Source: Mustelus asterias
Lineage: Eukaryota
Reading direction: 5' to 3'
Assembly (NCBI RefSeq): GCF_964213995.1
Contig: NC_135806.1
Location: 82,026,001 to 82,090,000 of the forward strand
DNA length: 64,000 nt
Shown piece by piece: positions 48,711 through 62,170 of the stretch; the first letter of the stretch is position 1, and each line of letters begins with the position of its first letter. Position numbers and translations under genes: made by a program. The notes under the pieces were generated by a model. That model ran no database searches and had not been told where the DNA came from. It saw only the letters and a program-made list of their open reading frames with translations.

Positions 48711-51447
48711 GTTATCAGGTAGGATTCACCCATCTGTATGTAAAAATATGCATAGCGCAATACAAGCCGAGAAGCCCAGCCTCACAGAGACTGGGGCACC
48801 GTTTGTAAAGAACGTCCTGATCTCTGTGTTCGGAAACAAGCCCCTCCCTCCTCCATCATAGACATGCGATGCCCCCCTCTGCCTCCCTCCTTTATCGGCA
48901 AAGGAAGCACTCCAAATCCTCAGCACAGAGGGACATCCCTCCCCTGCCACTGAAAGAATGGATTACTAACCCCCATCCCCCAAACATCACACAGACATGA
49001 AGGTGATCTGATCACTCCCTCCCAGTCAGTGCTCCCCCCCTCCCCCACCCCAGTCCACAAGACAGTCATTTCAATATGGGGTCCCTTCAGACCCTTCCCC
49101 CCTCTGGCTCCCCCTTCAGCATCTCCCTTGCTCCTTGGCAATGTCAACCTTGCATTGCCCCTGGCAGTGACACCCTGACCTAGTGCCTTGGATTCCAAGA
49201 ATGGGGAAGGAGATAAGTGCTGTGCCCATGTACCCCTCTGCCATGGTCAGGCTGCAGTGGGAGGGTCCCAATGGGACCTGGGGATTGGATGGGCTCAGGC
49301 TGAGGGGAAGGGTCTGACCTCAGGACTCTCCCCCATGATGGGGGTCTCATGGTTGGACTGCCCCTGCTAGCACTTGGAAAAGTAGAGATCACTCTTAGCT
49401 TGGTGATCTCAAGCAGCTTTCAGTTCAAAATCTTCATTCTTGTCTGTGTACTGTGAATCCCTTAAAGTGCCCTGGTCACATTAATATCCACGCCCCATTG
49501 ACACCTGGAAGCCTTCAAAATCACGACAGCGCTCCATCCTGCAGGAGGGATTCCGTTGCTCTCATCGGAAGTCCCAGGTATGAGAGGATTATCTCCTGTC
49601 AGCCTGAGAACTATCTGCCGTGGTGGGATTCGAAACCGGGTCACTGGACCATTACTCTGGGTCTCTAGATTACTAGTCCAGTGACATTACCACTACGCCA
49701 TCACGAGGGATAAATGAAGCATGTGCCAGTTTAATATTAACCACAGGTAGCACAATACAGAGTGCGCATTTCCTGGGACATCAGTCACTGCCACTTACTC
49801 AGAAATATAGAAGCCAAAGCATTTATATCCAAAAATGGAGTTTCCACTACACGTTTGTAAAGTTAATGGTGGCAGAGCAGAAGGACTGTCGAGGGAGTGC
49901 GTCCCCAATGTGTCTGACATGAACAGAAAGCAAAATATTACAGAAGCTGGAAATCTGAAACAAAAATCATTGGAGATACTCAGCAGGCCAGGCAACCTGA
50001 ACCATAATAATACAAGTTGGCATTTCAGTTATAGAGAACTGAGAGATACGTTGTGTCTTGCCGTACAGTCTGTTTTTAACCCTTATATAATGGACTTTGA
50101 CTTAACTTTGAGTGGCTGACAAATACCCAAGCAGATATTGGCCTGTATCCACGTGTTGGTCTCTGCAGTCTCCTCGGTATGGTCTGGTCTTTGGTCCGGT
50201 CTGATCCTCTTCTTCTGGGTCTAGTCTGCTCTTCCTTCTTCTCCTCTGGATGATCCAAAGTTGTCCTTCATGGTGGTTGGTCTTGAGAGTCGCCACTGCT
50301 GGCAGTGTGTTGATCAGCACCTTTATCCTTGGATTATTTTGCGTCCTTTAGGGCAGGCCCTCGATCATTACCAGTGAATCGATCAGGGCTCGATCACCCT
50401 GATCGATGGAGTCCAATCGGGTGCTGCCACACCGTTTCCGAGGTGTGTACCAAGCAGCCATACCCGTGGGTGCAGAAGGCACATAGGTCACATATCTCCC
50501 TCCCAAATAACGGGCTAAGGTGCCCCTTTGTCTGGTAAACAAGTATGTTTTGCCAGGGTGTCCATTGCCTTTGAGATGGCTTATTTCCTGTGAATTCCCG
50601 ATGTCAAAGGCTGTGGCCTGCTTATCTCGGTCCAATATTCATTTAGGGCTGCAGCCTGTTTGTCTCAGTCTCTACACACACTTGGCCATCCTATCCCATC
50701 ATGCTTTGCAATCGCCATCTTTGGTGGCCCTTATGGCCGCAGATATTACACATGAAGAGCAAGAACAGAATAAAGAAAGGTGGGGGGTAAGTATAGACAC
50801 AATCACACACACAGGGGTAAAGTGTTACACCTGTAAAGGATGAGGGTCAGAAAATGGTTAAAGGGCATAAGTGATTATGCAAAGGAGACAAAGGAAACAT
50901 AAGTCTTAATAATCAAAGAATTAAAAATGGATACCTTTCTTGTAACCTATGCCAGCTGGTATTTAATTGCTTCTAATTTTCCATCTGTTTCAACGGCACA
51001 AACAGCAGAGATCAAGAACCAGATTTTGGCAGAGTTGTGGAGGCTCCGTGGGCCATTAAAAATGGCAGGCAGGATCTGGATCCAGAATTCCCACCCTCAT
51101 TTCCAACAGATCCCATTTTGCATCTTTTCACCAGTAAAGTGGAAGGGATATGATTCACATGTGAAGGAAACCCAAACTCAGCAGGGCCATTTGAACTCAG
51201 TTGCTGGGTAAAAATAGACCCTGTTTTTGCTGTAGCCAGGGCCTTAATACACAATAGGAAACTGCAATCTCTGATGAAGATTTAAATGCTTTTGAAGGAC
51301 AGATAAAGATTGCGGATATGTCAAGCTGTCAAGTTATTTAAATCCCCTTTAAAAACTAAAAATCAGTCTGACTGTGTCAGTGAGATTTGAAAAATTAATC
51401 ACCATAGGCATTTGTTGGCATTACCCCAATGCTATTATACCATTATT

Positions 51448-51638
51448 AGTAAGAAGTTTTACAGCACCAGGTTAAAGTCCAACAGGTTTATTTGGAATCA
51501 CGAGCTTTTGGAGCGCTGCTCCTTCATCAGGTACGCTCCAAAAGCTCGTGATTCCAAATAAACCTGTTGGACTTTAACCTGGTATTGTGAGACTTCTTAC
51601 TGTGCCCACCCCTGTCCAACGCCAGCATTTCCACATCA
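51448..51638 (+). mobile_element. Penelope inverted-pLTR mini-insertion
   Basis: 68-bp arms 51448-51515 and 51534-51601; minus-strand hammerhead remnant CTGATGA..ctccAAAAgctc; tail; TSD cattatt. Confidence 0.88.
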
Positions 51639-51669
51639 TCATTATTAGTGGTAGAGAGCTTTCCATAAC

Positions 51670-52106
51670 CTTTATTTAAAGTTTATTTATTAGCGTCACA
51701 AGTAGGCTTTCATTAACACTGCAGTGAAGTTACTGGCTGGAATTTTACGCCTTGCCCGCCGTGGAAATTGGAGCGGGCGAGGGGCAGACAATAGAAAGAT
51801 CCGTTAACCTCGGCGGGATTTTACAGTTTTGGGACGAGCGCGGCCGTAGAATCCCACCCATTATGTCAATCCCCTAGTTGCCACACTCTGGCACCTGTTC
51901 GGGTACACTGAGGGAGCATCTAGCATGGCCAATGCATCTAACCAGCATGTCTTTCAGATTGTGGAAGGAAACTGGAGCACCCAGAGGAAACCCATGCAGA
52001 CACGGGGAGAACGTGCAGTCTCCGCACAGACAGTGACCCAAGACGGATATGAACCCAGGTCCCTGGTGTTGTGAGGCAGCAGTGCTGACCACTGTGCCAC
52101 CGTGCC
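51670..52106 (-). mobile_element. HE1-like V-SINE, tail type B, interrupted by a MITE at ~51735-51860
   Basis: SINE tail broken at gaagttac|..|aatcccctag. Confidence 0.85.
51735..51860. mobile_element. ~125-bp MITE, probably Harbinger-derived (relatives ~11600-11646, 15450-15580, 31043-31137, 38315-38528, 52332-52452)
   Basis: Imperfect TIRs ggctggaattttacg / cgtagaatcccaccc; 52332-52452 is an inverted relative. Confidence 0.65.
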
Positions 52107-53071
52107 TAACCTATAATTATCACAGCAGTTGATGTTATAAGTTTACAGTTTGACTAACAGCTCAAATAGGTTACTCAATGATTAGCTGTGTTTGATTTGT
52201 GGTTCTGAATACAAGTCTGTATGATCCTGGACCAGACCCCCAAGTTTTTAATAAGATCTGGCTAGGGATCAGTGACATTTTGTTCAAAGTGGACAAGGTT
52301 TGAGATTGTAGAGAATAGAGCCACAAAATCCAGGGGTGGGATTCTTCAGCCACGCTTGCCCCAAAAACTGGAGAATCCCACCCGAGGTCAATGGACATTT
52401 GTGTGGTACCCCCCCCCCCTGTGGCGGGTGGGATGGGAGAATTCCCCCGCCCCCCAACATATTTTGAACAAAAATAAAACTTAATATACAATATCAGAAA
52501 TATAAAAAAGTTGACACCACCCATCTTATAAGCTAACATTCAGAATATTTGAGATACATGTGAATTAACAAGCAAAGGGAGGCAATGGCCTCATGGTATT
52601 ATCGCTAGACTATTAATGCAGAAACTCAGCTAATGTTCTGGGGATCCGGGTTCGAATCCTGCCACGCCAGGAGGGTGGAATTTGAATTCCGTAAAAAAAT
52701 CTGGAGTTAAGAATCTAATGATGACCATGAAACGATTGACGGTTGTCGGAAAAACCCATCTAGTTCACTGATGTCATTTAGGGAAGGAAATCTGCCTTCC
52801 ATACCTGCTCTGGCCTACATGTGACTCCAGAGCCACAGCAAAATGGTAGACTCTCAACTGTCCTCTGAACAAAGGCAACTAGGGACGGACATTAAATGCT
52901 GGCCAGCTACCGGCACCCACCAATGAATTTTTAAAAACTGTGGTTAGCCACACCATGCAACACAATAAATGGCAGATATGACCAAGGCAGAGTCCATGGA
53001 TTTCTCAGCAACCCACCCAAACATCAAAAACACTGTGAGTCAACCAATCTCACTGAAAATCTAAAAGTACA

Positions 53072-53358
53072 GTTAAAGTTAATATATTAGTCACAAGTAG
53101 GCTTATGTTAACACTGCAACAAAGTTACTGTGAAAATCTCCTAGTCGCCACACTCTGGCATCTGTTCGGGTACACTGAGGGAAAATTTAGCATAGACAAT
53201 GCACCTAACCAGCACATCTTTTGGAGGAAACTGGAGCACCCGGAGGAAAGCCACGCAGACACGGGCAGAGGGTGCAGACTCCGCACAGACAGTGACCCAA
53301 GCCGGGAATCGAGCCCGGGTCCCTGGCGCTGTGAAGCAGCATTGCTAACCACTGCCAC
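53072..53358 (-). mobile_element. HE1-like V-SINE, tail type B
   Basis: Family sequence. Confidence 0.9.
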
Positions 53359-53756
53359 CACTTGTCTCTTTTACAAGGAATTCCGGTTTTCACCTTCAAA
53401 GACCTGACCTGGGAATTCTCTCCAAGCGTTGCTGTGACTTGCACAGCATCACAATGGTCCAGCTCTCAGGGTTTCAGTCTTGTCTCCTGAGATTCCATTG
53501 TTCTAGCTTTCTGAGTATTCACTCAAGCACCAACTCACAAGCACAACTTCAGTTTCTGGCCTTGTTGAACAGGCACCACTGCTCCGCATGGATACCTTTG
53601 CTCCAGTGGCCCCCACCATGGAGTCATCACCCTTAGGCTGCTTTCTTAGATCTTCAGAGCTTTCCCTGAGCCCTCTTCAATTATCAGGGCATTCTTGAAC
53701 CCTCTTCACTTGAAGACAAAGTTCCAGAGAATAAAGTTGGGCCTTCTAAACACCAT

Positions 53757-54637
53757 GGGCCCAATTTTACTATCACGTTGTCCCTATTTTCAGATGTGAA
53801 AACTTGGTAAAGTTCTTGAGTAGCGCGATCCGCACCCATCTCCACGCTGGTTCCCCCTTTACCAAGGCCCGGAAATGGCCGCAATCGGGACCGCTCCCGA
53901 AATGGATGCAGCGGCCATTTAAATGCATTCGCATACATTTAAATTGACTTAATGGGCTGCACGCCCCACTTTACCGGCACTTCCCCCTTCACCACCACAT
54001 TCACACAATCAGAATCAGCATGAAACAGACATGCTCTATATAAGTCCGATTTGGGCGCTCCAGTCAGTGAGGAGGTAAGTGCCAAGCATTTGACAGCTCT
54101 CTGCTTGAGATCGATGAGAGAGGGGGGCAACTGCCACTCTGGGAGAGATCCGCTGCCATTCCACCTGTGATCATTGGGGGGGATGGGGAGGTCCACTGCC
54201 ACTCTGCCTGAGATCAGTGGGGGGGAAGGTGGGTCTGCTGCCACTCTGCCTGAGATCCGTGGGGGGAAGGGGGGACGGGGCTGTGTTTGGTCTGGGTGGC
54301 GGGCGGGTAGGGGGATAAGGGGACCAGTAATGTTGTGGGGGTGGAGAAATGTCTATGGGGGCCAGGGGGAGGCATTATCCGGCCCGGGAGGGATCTGGCA
54401 GGGGAGCAGCATTCTATCATTTTTTAATGCACAGTTGGAGGTGCCGATCGGAGCTGCAGGGTTTCGGGCACGTTAAGCCCCACCCACAGGCTTCTGCAGT
54501 GCGATTTGGAATTGCTGATATTTTTTCAGACAGAGTGCGTATGGGGGCGTCTGAGAACGGGTCTAAAAGTCGCATCTGAAACATTCCCAATTTCAAATTC
54601 GCCCAGCACTTAGAATCAAGATGGTAAAATAAGGTCC
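53757..54637. mobile_element. ~880-bp non-autonomous DNA transposon, Harbinger-like
   Basis: Imperfect TIRs gggcccaattttactatc / gatggtaaaataaggtcc, 3-bp TSD cat (53754-53756, 54638-54640), GC-rich non-coding interior. Confidence 0.65.
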
Positions 54638-56194
54638 CATGCATTGGCATTCTGCAGCCCCTGTGGCCACCCCCTGGGGCAGTAGGCCCAGCTCCACCCC
54701 ACAAATGCCCCCTCAGAGTTGAAATCATGCCATTTGGGACAGTTTTTCCTTAAGATGGGAGCACCAAACCAGGACTCAAGCTACCCGCCCAAGGAAGCTA
54801 CCAGAGGAGAGGATTACCAAAGCCAGGTGGAGCCAGGAGGGACATTTATGTTTCCCTCAACTTCATAGCCTTTGCAATGTTTTAGAAAGTACTAAACAAG
54901 ATATGGAACTAATTGAATCATCTGCTTCTAATGTATGGCTGGAAATGCATTGTTTTCCTTCAAAATGGCATTATCTCTTCCACATTGGATTAAACTTATT
55001 AGAGATTCAATCATATTAGACTGTTGGTTTTATTCATCTTCATTTGTAACCCAATCAGAAATTGGGTAGCATGCAGTCATACAAATCAAAATCAATAGAT
55101 AACGTAATGTTTAATGTCACACAAAGAGCCAGGTCAGACAAACAAAGTCGATAACAGTCAAAAACCAATTTGTAGAAATGAACACATTATACAAATGCTA
55201 ATCAAATAGATTGGAAAATCTGCAGGCAATAGAATGCTTCTAAATGAAAACAGCTGATCTGAGTCTTGGTTTGGGGAAGGGGATATCTCCTATTATTCAT
55301 ATTGTATTCTGTCATCTTTTTGCTTTGGAACAGTAGGGCATTGTACAGTTTTTCAAGTTAACCATAAATTAGCTACGCAATTTGTGATGATGCGTTGGCC
55401 TATTTTACAGTAACAGTAACATTAGTGTCTCCAGTTATTCATGCTGGAAATGCATTAAGAAGGTTATGAAAGGACTGAGAAAATAAGAAAAGATAATAGA
55501 TTTATTTTTGATTCCTGAATTTAATTCAAACCCTCTTCCTCAGCATCTATTCACCCCATTTTATACTTGTAAAGTTATGAATGACATTGGTCATTTTCAG
55601 CAAGATAAAACACCAGCTTTTAGTGGATTTCACCACCCCAGGATAGGGGGCAAGTGATTTTAGGTAAGTTTGATCTTGCTCCTTTGATGACATTAAACAT
55701 TAGACTTCACTTGTATGTGGATGAGAATGACTCCATTGCTTATGATTGGGTTACAATGTAAATTGGATAAAAACAATCGGCATAAGAGATTAAAGCAGCC
55801 TAAACATTAGATTAAGCATTGTAAAATAAAGCTTGGCCCAAGATCAGCACACAGAGCGGAGCAACTCAGGAAAATCAATTTTTCTTCTGGATCTAATATC
55901 CCTCCCTCAGTGCCCCAAAGGGCTGAAATGGTAACTGAAAGAAGAGTGCAAGTTAAAATTGCTACATGTTGCACCCATTTTTCAGACACAGGATGTACTA
56001 ATTTAGCAATGACATGCACCTGAGGTGAGGCGGTGGTGTCATGGTATCGTCGTTGAACTCCTAATTAAGAGACCCAAGGTAATGTTCTGGGGACCCGGGT
56101 TCTAATCCCACCACAGTACATGGTGAAATTTGAATTCAACAACAATGACCATGAAACCATTGTCGGAAAAACCCATCTGGTTCACGAATGTCCT

Positions 56195-56500
56195 TTAAGT
56201 TTAAGTTTATTTATTAGGTCACAAGTAAGCTTACATTAACACTGCAATGAAGTTACTGTGAAAATCCCTGAGTTGCCACATCCCGGCACCTGTTCGGGTA
56301 CACTGAGGGAGAATTTAGAATGGCCAATGCACCTAGTCAGGACATCTTTCAGACAGTAGGAGGAAACCAGAGCACACGGAGGAAACCCACGCAGACACTG
56401 GGAAACCGTGCAGACTCCACACAGACAGTGATCTAAGCGGGAATCAAACCCGGGTCCCTGGCACTGTGAGGCAGCAGTGCTGACCATTGTGTCACCATAC
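56195..56500 (-). mobile_element. HE1-like V-SINE, tail type B, nested in the tRNA-derived SINE 56025-56640
   Basis: Host SINE continues gtccttt|agggaaggaaatctg across the insert. Confidence 0.88.
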
Positions 56501-56764
56501 CACCCAATAGGGAAGGAAATCTGTCATCCTTACCTTGTTCTGCCCTACATGTGACTCCAGATCCACAGCAATGTGGTTGATTCTTAAATGCCCTCAGAGA
56601 TGGGCTACAAAAGCTGGCCCAGCCAGCAATGCACACATCCCATGAACAACATGATCCATGCCGCTGCTGAACTAAAAGACAAATCTCTTAGCTTTTCTTA
56701 CTTTCAATCGTATATTCAAAGCCAGGTCATAATGTTTTATTCAAGGTACCATTGCAATCTGCTC

Positions 56765-56921
56765 TTTTCTCTACACCCTAGCTATGACTGTAACTCTACA
56801 TTTTGCACCCTCTCCTTTCCTTCTCTATAAGGAAATATACCATGCTTTGTCTGTATAGTGAGCAAGAAACAATACTTTTCATTGTATATTAATACATGTG
56901 ATAATAATAAATTAAATCAAA
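56765..56921 (+). mobile_element. Rex1/Babar 3' UTR fragment
   Basis: Matches the 3' UTR of the element at 60795-62170 (atgctttgtctgtata..caagaaacaatacttttca.tgta..tacatgtga.aataataaat). Confidence 0.8.
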
Positions 56922-58421
56922 CTGTGAGGCCATTTTGTTTAAGGTATAAACAGGGCCTTGGGGCTAGATTTTTAGAAAGCTGGGATTTGGTCGGAGGTGT
57001 GCAGGCCAGGACATTTGGCACTTGTAGACCAGGTGCTCACGTGGATGCTGGGATGACACGGGTAAGAAAGGAGTCGCGTGTTGGGAGCATGGGAGTTCTC
57101 CCTTGGGTGCAGGCTAACACGTAAGGGCTGCTCAGTATTGTTGATGAACCTTTACTGTTATCAGTCCCTGGTCGCCAGTTATTGAAACCCTGTACTTTCT
57201 ACTTGGTGTCAGGAGTTGGTAGAATGGCACAGATACTTTGCCACATTGACCCGCTTGTATTTGTTAAAAATGTTGCAGACAACTGGACAAAGAGTGACAT
57301 ATCTATGATTGTGCTGACCTATCAGACAAATAAAAGAAGGTACAGATGTATGCTCTCTAAATTTAGCAGGCCCCACGACAGCCGAGAAATTTGAGTCTTT
57401 TGTTTTTCAAACGGAGGAAGAGAAATGTGCCTGAGAGCACATAGATCTCAATGTGTCACTCCTCAGCCTGTGTAAAATGCCGAGACAATGTCTGTTCTCA
57501 TCAGCACAGTCAGTGTTCTCGAATCGCACTGGGACCATGCACATCGCCAAGGCTCTCCTTCAACCAAACATCAAATCCAATGTGAGTGGTGCCCTTGTGA
57601 AGTGGCAACGAAGGGAAAAGAGATAATACGATCAATGCTCGCACTCTCAGCTCTTTAAAACCTGGTCAAACTGTCAGGATGCAGACCACACATGGCCATG
57701 ACAAACTGGCAGTGGTACGCAGCCATGCCCACAGCCAAATAGCAATGCGGTTGCGTCAGACAGTGTTCATTACGTACGGAACTGACGTCACCTACTGCAG
57801 GTATCTGAACCAGCACTTTCAACCACCACAGTACTCTGTGCACCAGCCAGCAATCCAGGCCCACAGCACCAATGGAAATAGAGACTCCTCCAGAGTCCAA
57901 TGCAAAAAGCCCTGCAGCCACAGGGTACAGCGCAAGGATGTCTGATGCAATCCACACTAAGGGCACCAAATCAAGGGCATCTCAAGCACAGCCAGCTGAC
58001 ACAATTACATGCTCAAGATGCATAAGTCTACCCATGGATTTTGTTTTTTTAAAAGGAGACATGATGGGCTATGCACCAGCTGCAACAGCCCAGTCAGTGT
58101 GTTGCACAATGTAAAGAATGATGTGTTGTTAGCCCTGTTCAGCTTTGTGTGTTGTTAGTAGTTTACACCTTGTGACTGTTCCCTTGCACTGTTATAGTTC
58201 AGTACTACTGATTGTCCCAACTTAAATGGGGAAGATGTAGACTGGGTGGTCACGTGGCCACTGGGATGATGCGGATACAAAGGGGGTCATGTGTCGGTAG
58301 CGGGCAGTTCTCCTCTGGGCAAGGACAGACACAAAGCATGTATGAGCTGCTCGGTATTGTTAATAAACATTTATTGTTGTTCGTCCCTGGTCACCAGTTA
58401 TTATAAGACAATACTTCCACA
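56922..58421 (+). mobile_element. Old internally deleted Mag-like Gypsy element with two diverged LTRs
   Basis: Direct repeats ending 57203 and 58421; PBS tggtgtcaggagt 57204-57216; gag start MAQILCHIDPLVFVKNVADNW; integrase end LKPGQTVRMQT..YVRN*RHLL; PPT aaaaggaga 58051-58059. Confidence 0.72.
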
Positions 58422-59589
58422 GAACCATCAGCCACCTTGCAGGATCACTGCTGTGATCCTAACCATGATTGAGTACAGCTCGGGATTGCATCTGCTTCAT
58501 CCAGGAAATAGTGGACAGCCAAGATCAATTATATTTAGTTAAAAGATGTCTGTTAAGACCATTCCCATTGGCCACACACGTTGGTCTGGATCAGAGGAAA
58601 TGGATCATGCAAGGGATCCATCCCCCACCCTATAAATGTTGCTGGGCCATAGATGCGACCACTAACAGTCTGCCTATCCAGTAGTTGTCCCTCCAGGATC
58701 ATTGGTCAAGATGTAGTGGCTTCTTAAAAAAGAAAATGAATTTACCTCAGTTGATAGGGCTGCTGAAGTCTGTGTTAGAGAGCCTTCAATTGGCCCTTGG
58801 GAGCCCAGCCACTGCCCTCAATTGAGTGGCAAAGCTGGGAATTGAACATTCTGGAGGGCGTGCCTGTGCAGGGCGGGACCCACAACCAACCCCCATGTCC
58901 AGCTCTGTTCCCTCATTAAACATCCAGCTATCAATGACTGTCAAAGGACCATATCAAGAACCATGTTGCCAATGTGTGGGACAGGCACAGGTCCAGCCCC
59001 ACACAGGATTCCTCAATGACCAAAGGTGGGTGAATTTTGACATTGACCTTTCTTCAGTTTGACTGCTTGTGGAGACATGACCAGCAGCGTGCACTCAGTA
59101 CATTGATGAAGCTCCAAAACCAATTTTCAGTGACCCTCAGATCAAATTCCTGATCATCTTTCCAAATGTTTTTGTTTCCATATTGCAAACATGTCTTTTC
59201 ATAATTGTACAAGTGCAGATTTGACACCAGATCAATTTGTTGTCATTTTGTCATAACTATTTCATAAAATGTTAGGGTCTTCACACTGGTGCCCTGCAAG
59301 GAAAAGAAATCGCTCCGACACGTACAAAGATTTGTACCATATCTTCCAGAAGAATTCTGTCCCTGTGTTGCAAGAAAATGCTTTAATAATGACAGACACA
59401 TTGCATGTAAAGAAGGCAATTGTTCTGTAAATTTATTTTTGAATAATTCACTTAAATGCTTCAACTGAATAAGTTACTTTAATATGTCTGAGAAATACTA
59501 CCTAGCTCTGATTTGTAATCAGATTGAAATCTAACCTCGATAGATACTTAATGAAACATTTTTTAACGTGAAGATCACACTCTACAAGT

Positions 59590-59914
59590 CGGGGCGGCAC
59601 GGTAGCACAGTGGTTAGCACTGCTGCTTCACAGCTCCAGGGTCCCGGGTTCAATGCTCGGGTCACTGTCTGTGTGGGGTTTGCACATTGTCCTCGTGTCT
59701 GCGTGGGTTTCCTCCGGGTGCTCCGGTTTCCTCCCACATCCAAAGATGTGCAGGTTAGGTTGATTGGCCAGGTTAAAAATTGCCCCTTAGAATCCTGGGA
59801 TGCGTAGATTAGTGGGTAAATATGTGGGGGTAGGGCCTGGGTGGGATTGTGGTCGGTGCAGACTCGATGGGCCGAATGGCCTCCTTCTGCACTGTAGGGT
59901 TTCTATGATTTCTA
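59590..59914 (+). mobile_element. Young HE1-like V-SINE, tail type A
   Basis: Close match to the 19060-19404 copy. Confidence 0.93.
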
Positions 59915-60794
59915 CAGACTTCCCAAAAGCATCCTTATTGTAAAGATTGCATATGCCTTGGCATTCACACTGACATAATTGACAGTTCCACACTTTGATT
60001 GCAAACTGGAGTTGCTGATGACACATAGGCCTTTAATTAACTAAAAATAACTTCAATGTTTAACTTTAGTACAAGCTAGCCAAAACCAGCATGTTACTTC
60101 CTGGAGGAAAATTGTTTCATTTGCGATGACTGACCTTAAATAGCAAATCCTACATTTTTTTTAAAACCCTGTGCATAATAGGACGTATGTGAGAGATTAT
60201 GCTTTTTTCCTGTTGCATAAACTTGTTATTTACAATAACTAGCTTAATGTTTACACATGTAAACAACAGAAATAACATATACACATTTACAGCTTTAAAC
60301 AAGGATGAACGATCTTGGAAGTAATTGAATGACGTATTTTCCCTCAGCCACCAGCAAATGTGTGAATAACATATGTTACTCATTGAGCTGTGTGTGTTGA
60401 TAAGATGCTTTGATCTACACATGCTGCTCTACATAACACACTTGAGCAGCCAGCAAATACAAAGGCATCATTTATAGGTGCTCCAATCATACTCATTTAC
60501 ATAATAAACACTGTTTTGCTTCTTATTCCCATCCATTTTCTTGCTTTGGGTTTGGGAGGTGATAATTCATACTGGGACTTGATTCCACAAGTGCCGTTCA
60601 TTGTTCAAATGATTGTTCTGTTCTTTCAAGCTGCTTCCAATCTGAAAGAAATCTTAATTTCTTTCAACTCAATATTGTGGGGAAAAAAAGCCATCATCTT
60701 CAATTCTAGTGAAAAACGTTTCACTCTTCCCATCGATTCTATCCCTCTTCCCAACCATTGGCTTAGGCTGAACCAGATAGATTTAATCTAAAAT

Positions 60795-62170
60795 TATTTG
60801 ATTTGATTTGATTTACTATTGTCACATGTATTAACATACAGTGAAAAGTATTGTTTCTTGCGCGCTATACAGACAGAGCATATCGTTCATAGAAAAGGAA
60901 GCAAGAGAATGTAGAATGTAGTTTTACAGAACTAGGGTGTAGAGAAAGATCAACTTACTGCAAGCTAAGTCCATTCAAAAGTCTGACGGCAGCAGAGAAG
61001 AAACTGTTCTTCAGTTGGTTGATATGTGATCTCAGCCTTTTGTATCTTTTTCCCGACGGAAAAAGGTAGAAGAGAGAATGTCCGGGGTGCATGGGGTCCT
61101 TAATTATGCTGGCTGCTTTGCCGAGGCAGCGGGAAGTGTAGACAGAGTCAATGGATGGGAGGCTGGTGTGCGTGATGGATTGAGTTACATTCACAAACTT
61201 TGTGTAGTTTCTTGCGGTCTTGGGCAGAGCAGGAGCCATACCAAGCTGTGATACAATCAGAAAGAATGCTTTCTATGTTGCATCTGTAAAAGTTGGCAAA
61301 AGTCGTAGTTGACATGCCAAATTTCCTTAGTCTTCTAAGAAAGTAGAGGCTTTCTTAACTATAGTATCGGCATGGGGGGACCAGGACAGGTTGTTGGTGA
61401 TCTGGACACCAAAAAACCTGAAGCTCTCGACCCTTTCTACTTCGTCCCTGTTGATGTAGACAGGGGCATATTCTCCACTACGCTTCCTGAAGTCGATGAC
61501 AATCTGCTTCGTTTTGTTGACATTGAGGGAGAGATTATTGTCGCCGCACCAGTTCACCAGATTCTCTATCTCATTCCTGTACTCTGTCTCATCATTGTTT
61601 GAGATCCGACCCATAAGATGGTGTCGTCAGCAAGCTTGAAAATCGAGTTGGAGAGGAATTTGGCTACACAGTCATAGGTGTATAAGGAGTATTGTAGGGG
61701 GCTGAGAACACAGCCTTGTGGGGCACCAGTGTTGAGGATGATTATGGAGGGGGTATTGTTGCCTATCCTTACTGATTGTGGTCTGTGGGTTAGGAAGTTC
61801 AGGATCCAGTCGCAGAGGGAGGAGCCGAGGTCCAGGCCACAGTGTTTGGAGATGAGTTTCGTAGGAATAATGGTGTTGAAGGCTGAGCTATAGTCAATTA
61901 ATTATAGTCTGACGTATGTGTCTTTGTTACCTAGGTGTTCCAGAGTTGAGTGCAGGGCCAGGGAGATGGCATCTACTGTGGGCCTGTTGCAGCGGTAGGC
62001 AAACTGTAGTGGACCCAGGCAGTCCGAGAGGCTGGAATTGATTTGTGCCATGACTAGCCTTTTGGAGCACTTCATAATGATGGATGTCAGAGTCACCAGA
62101 TGATTGTCATAAAGGCACGCTGCTTGGCTTTTCTTAGGTACTGGGATGATGGTCGTCTTCCTGAAGCAGA
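60795..62170 (-). mobile_element. Rex1/Babar LINE, 5'-truncated RT region and 3' UTR
   Basis: LTSIIMKC..PLQFAYR.NRPTVDAISLALH..LEHL..DTYVRL; [10 protein letters not shown]; LSLNVNKTKQIVIDFRK; IIKDPMHPGH..RLLN; tail (atcaa)n. Confidence 0.92.

Noticed and set aside
59040-59295. Strong minus-strand splice acceptor ttcttttccttgcag
   Set aside because: All three downstream frames stop within 17 codons; no support for a coding exon
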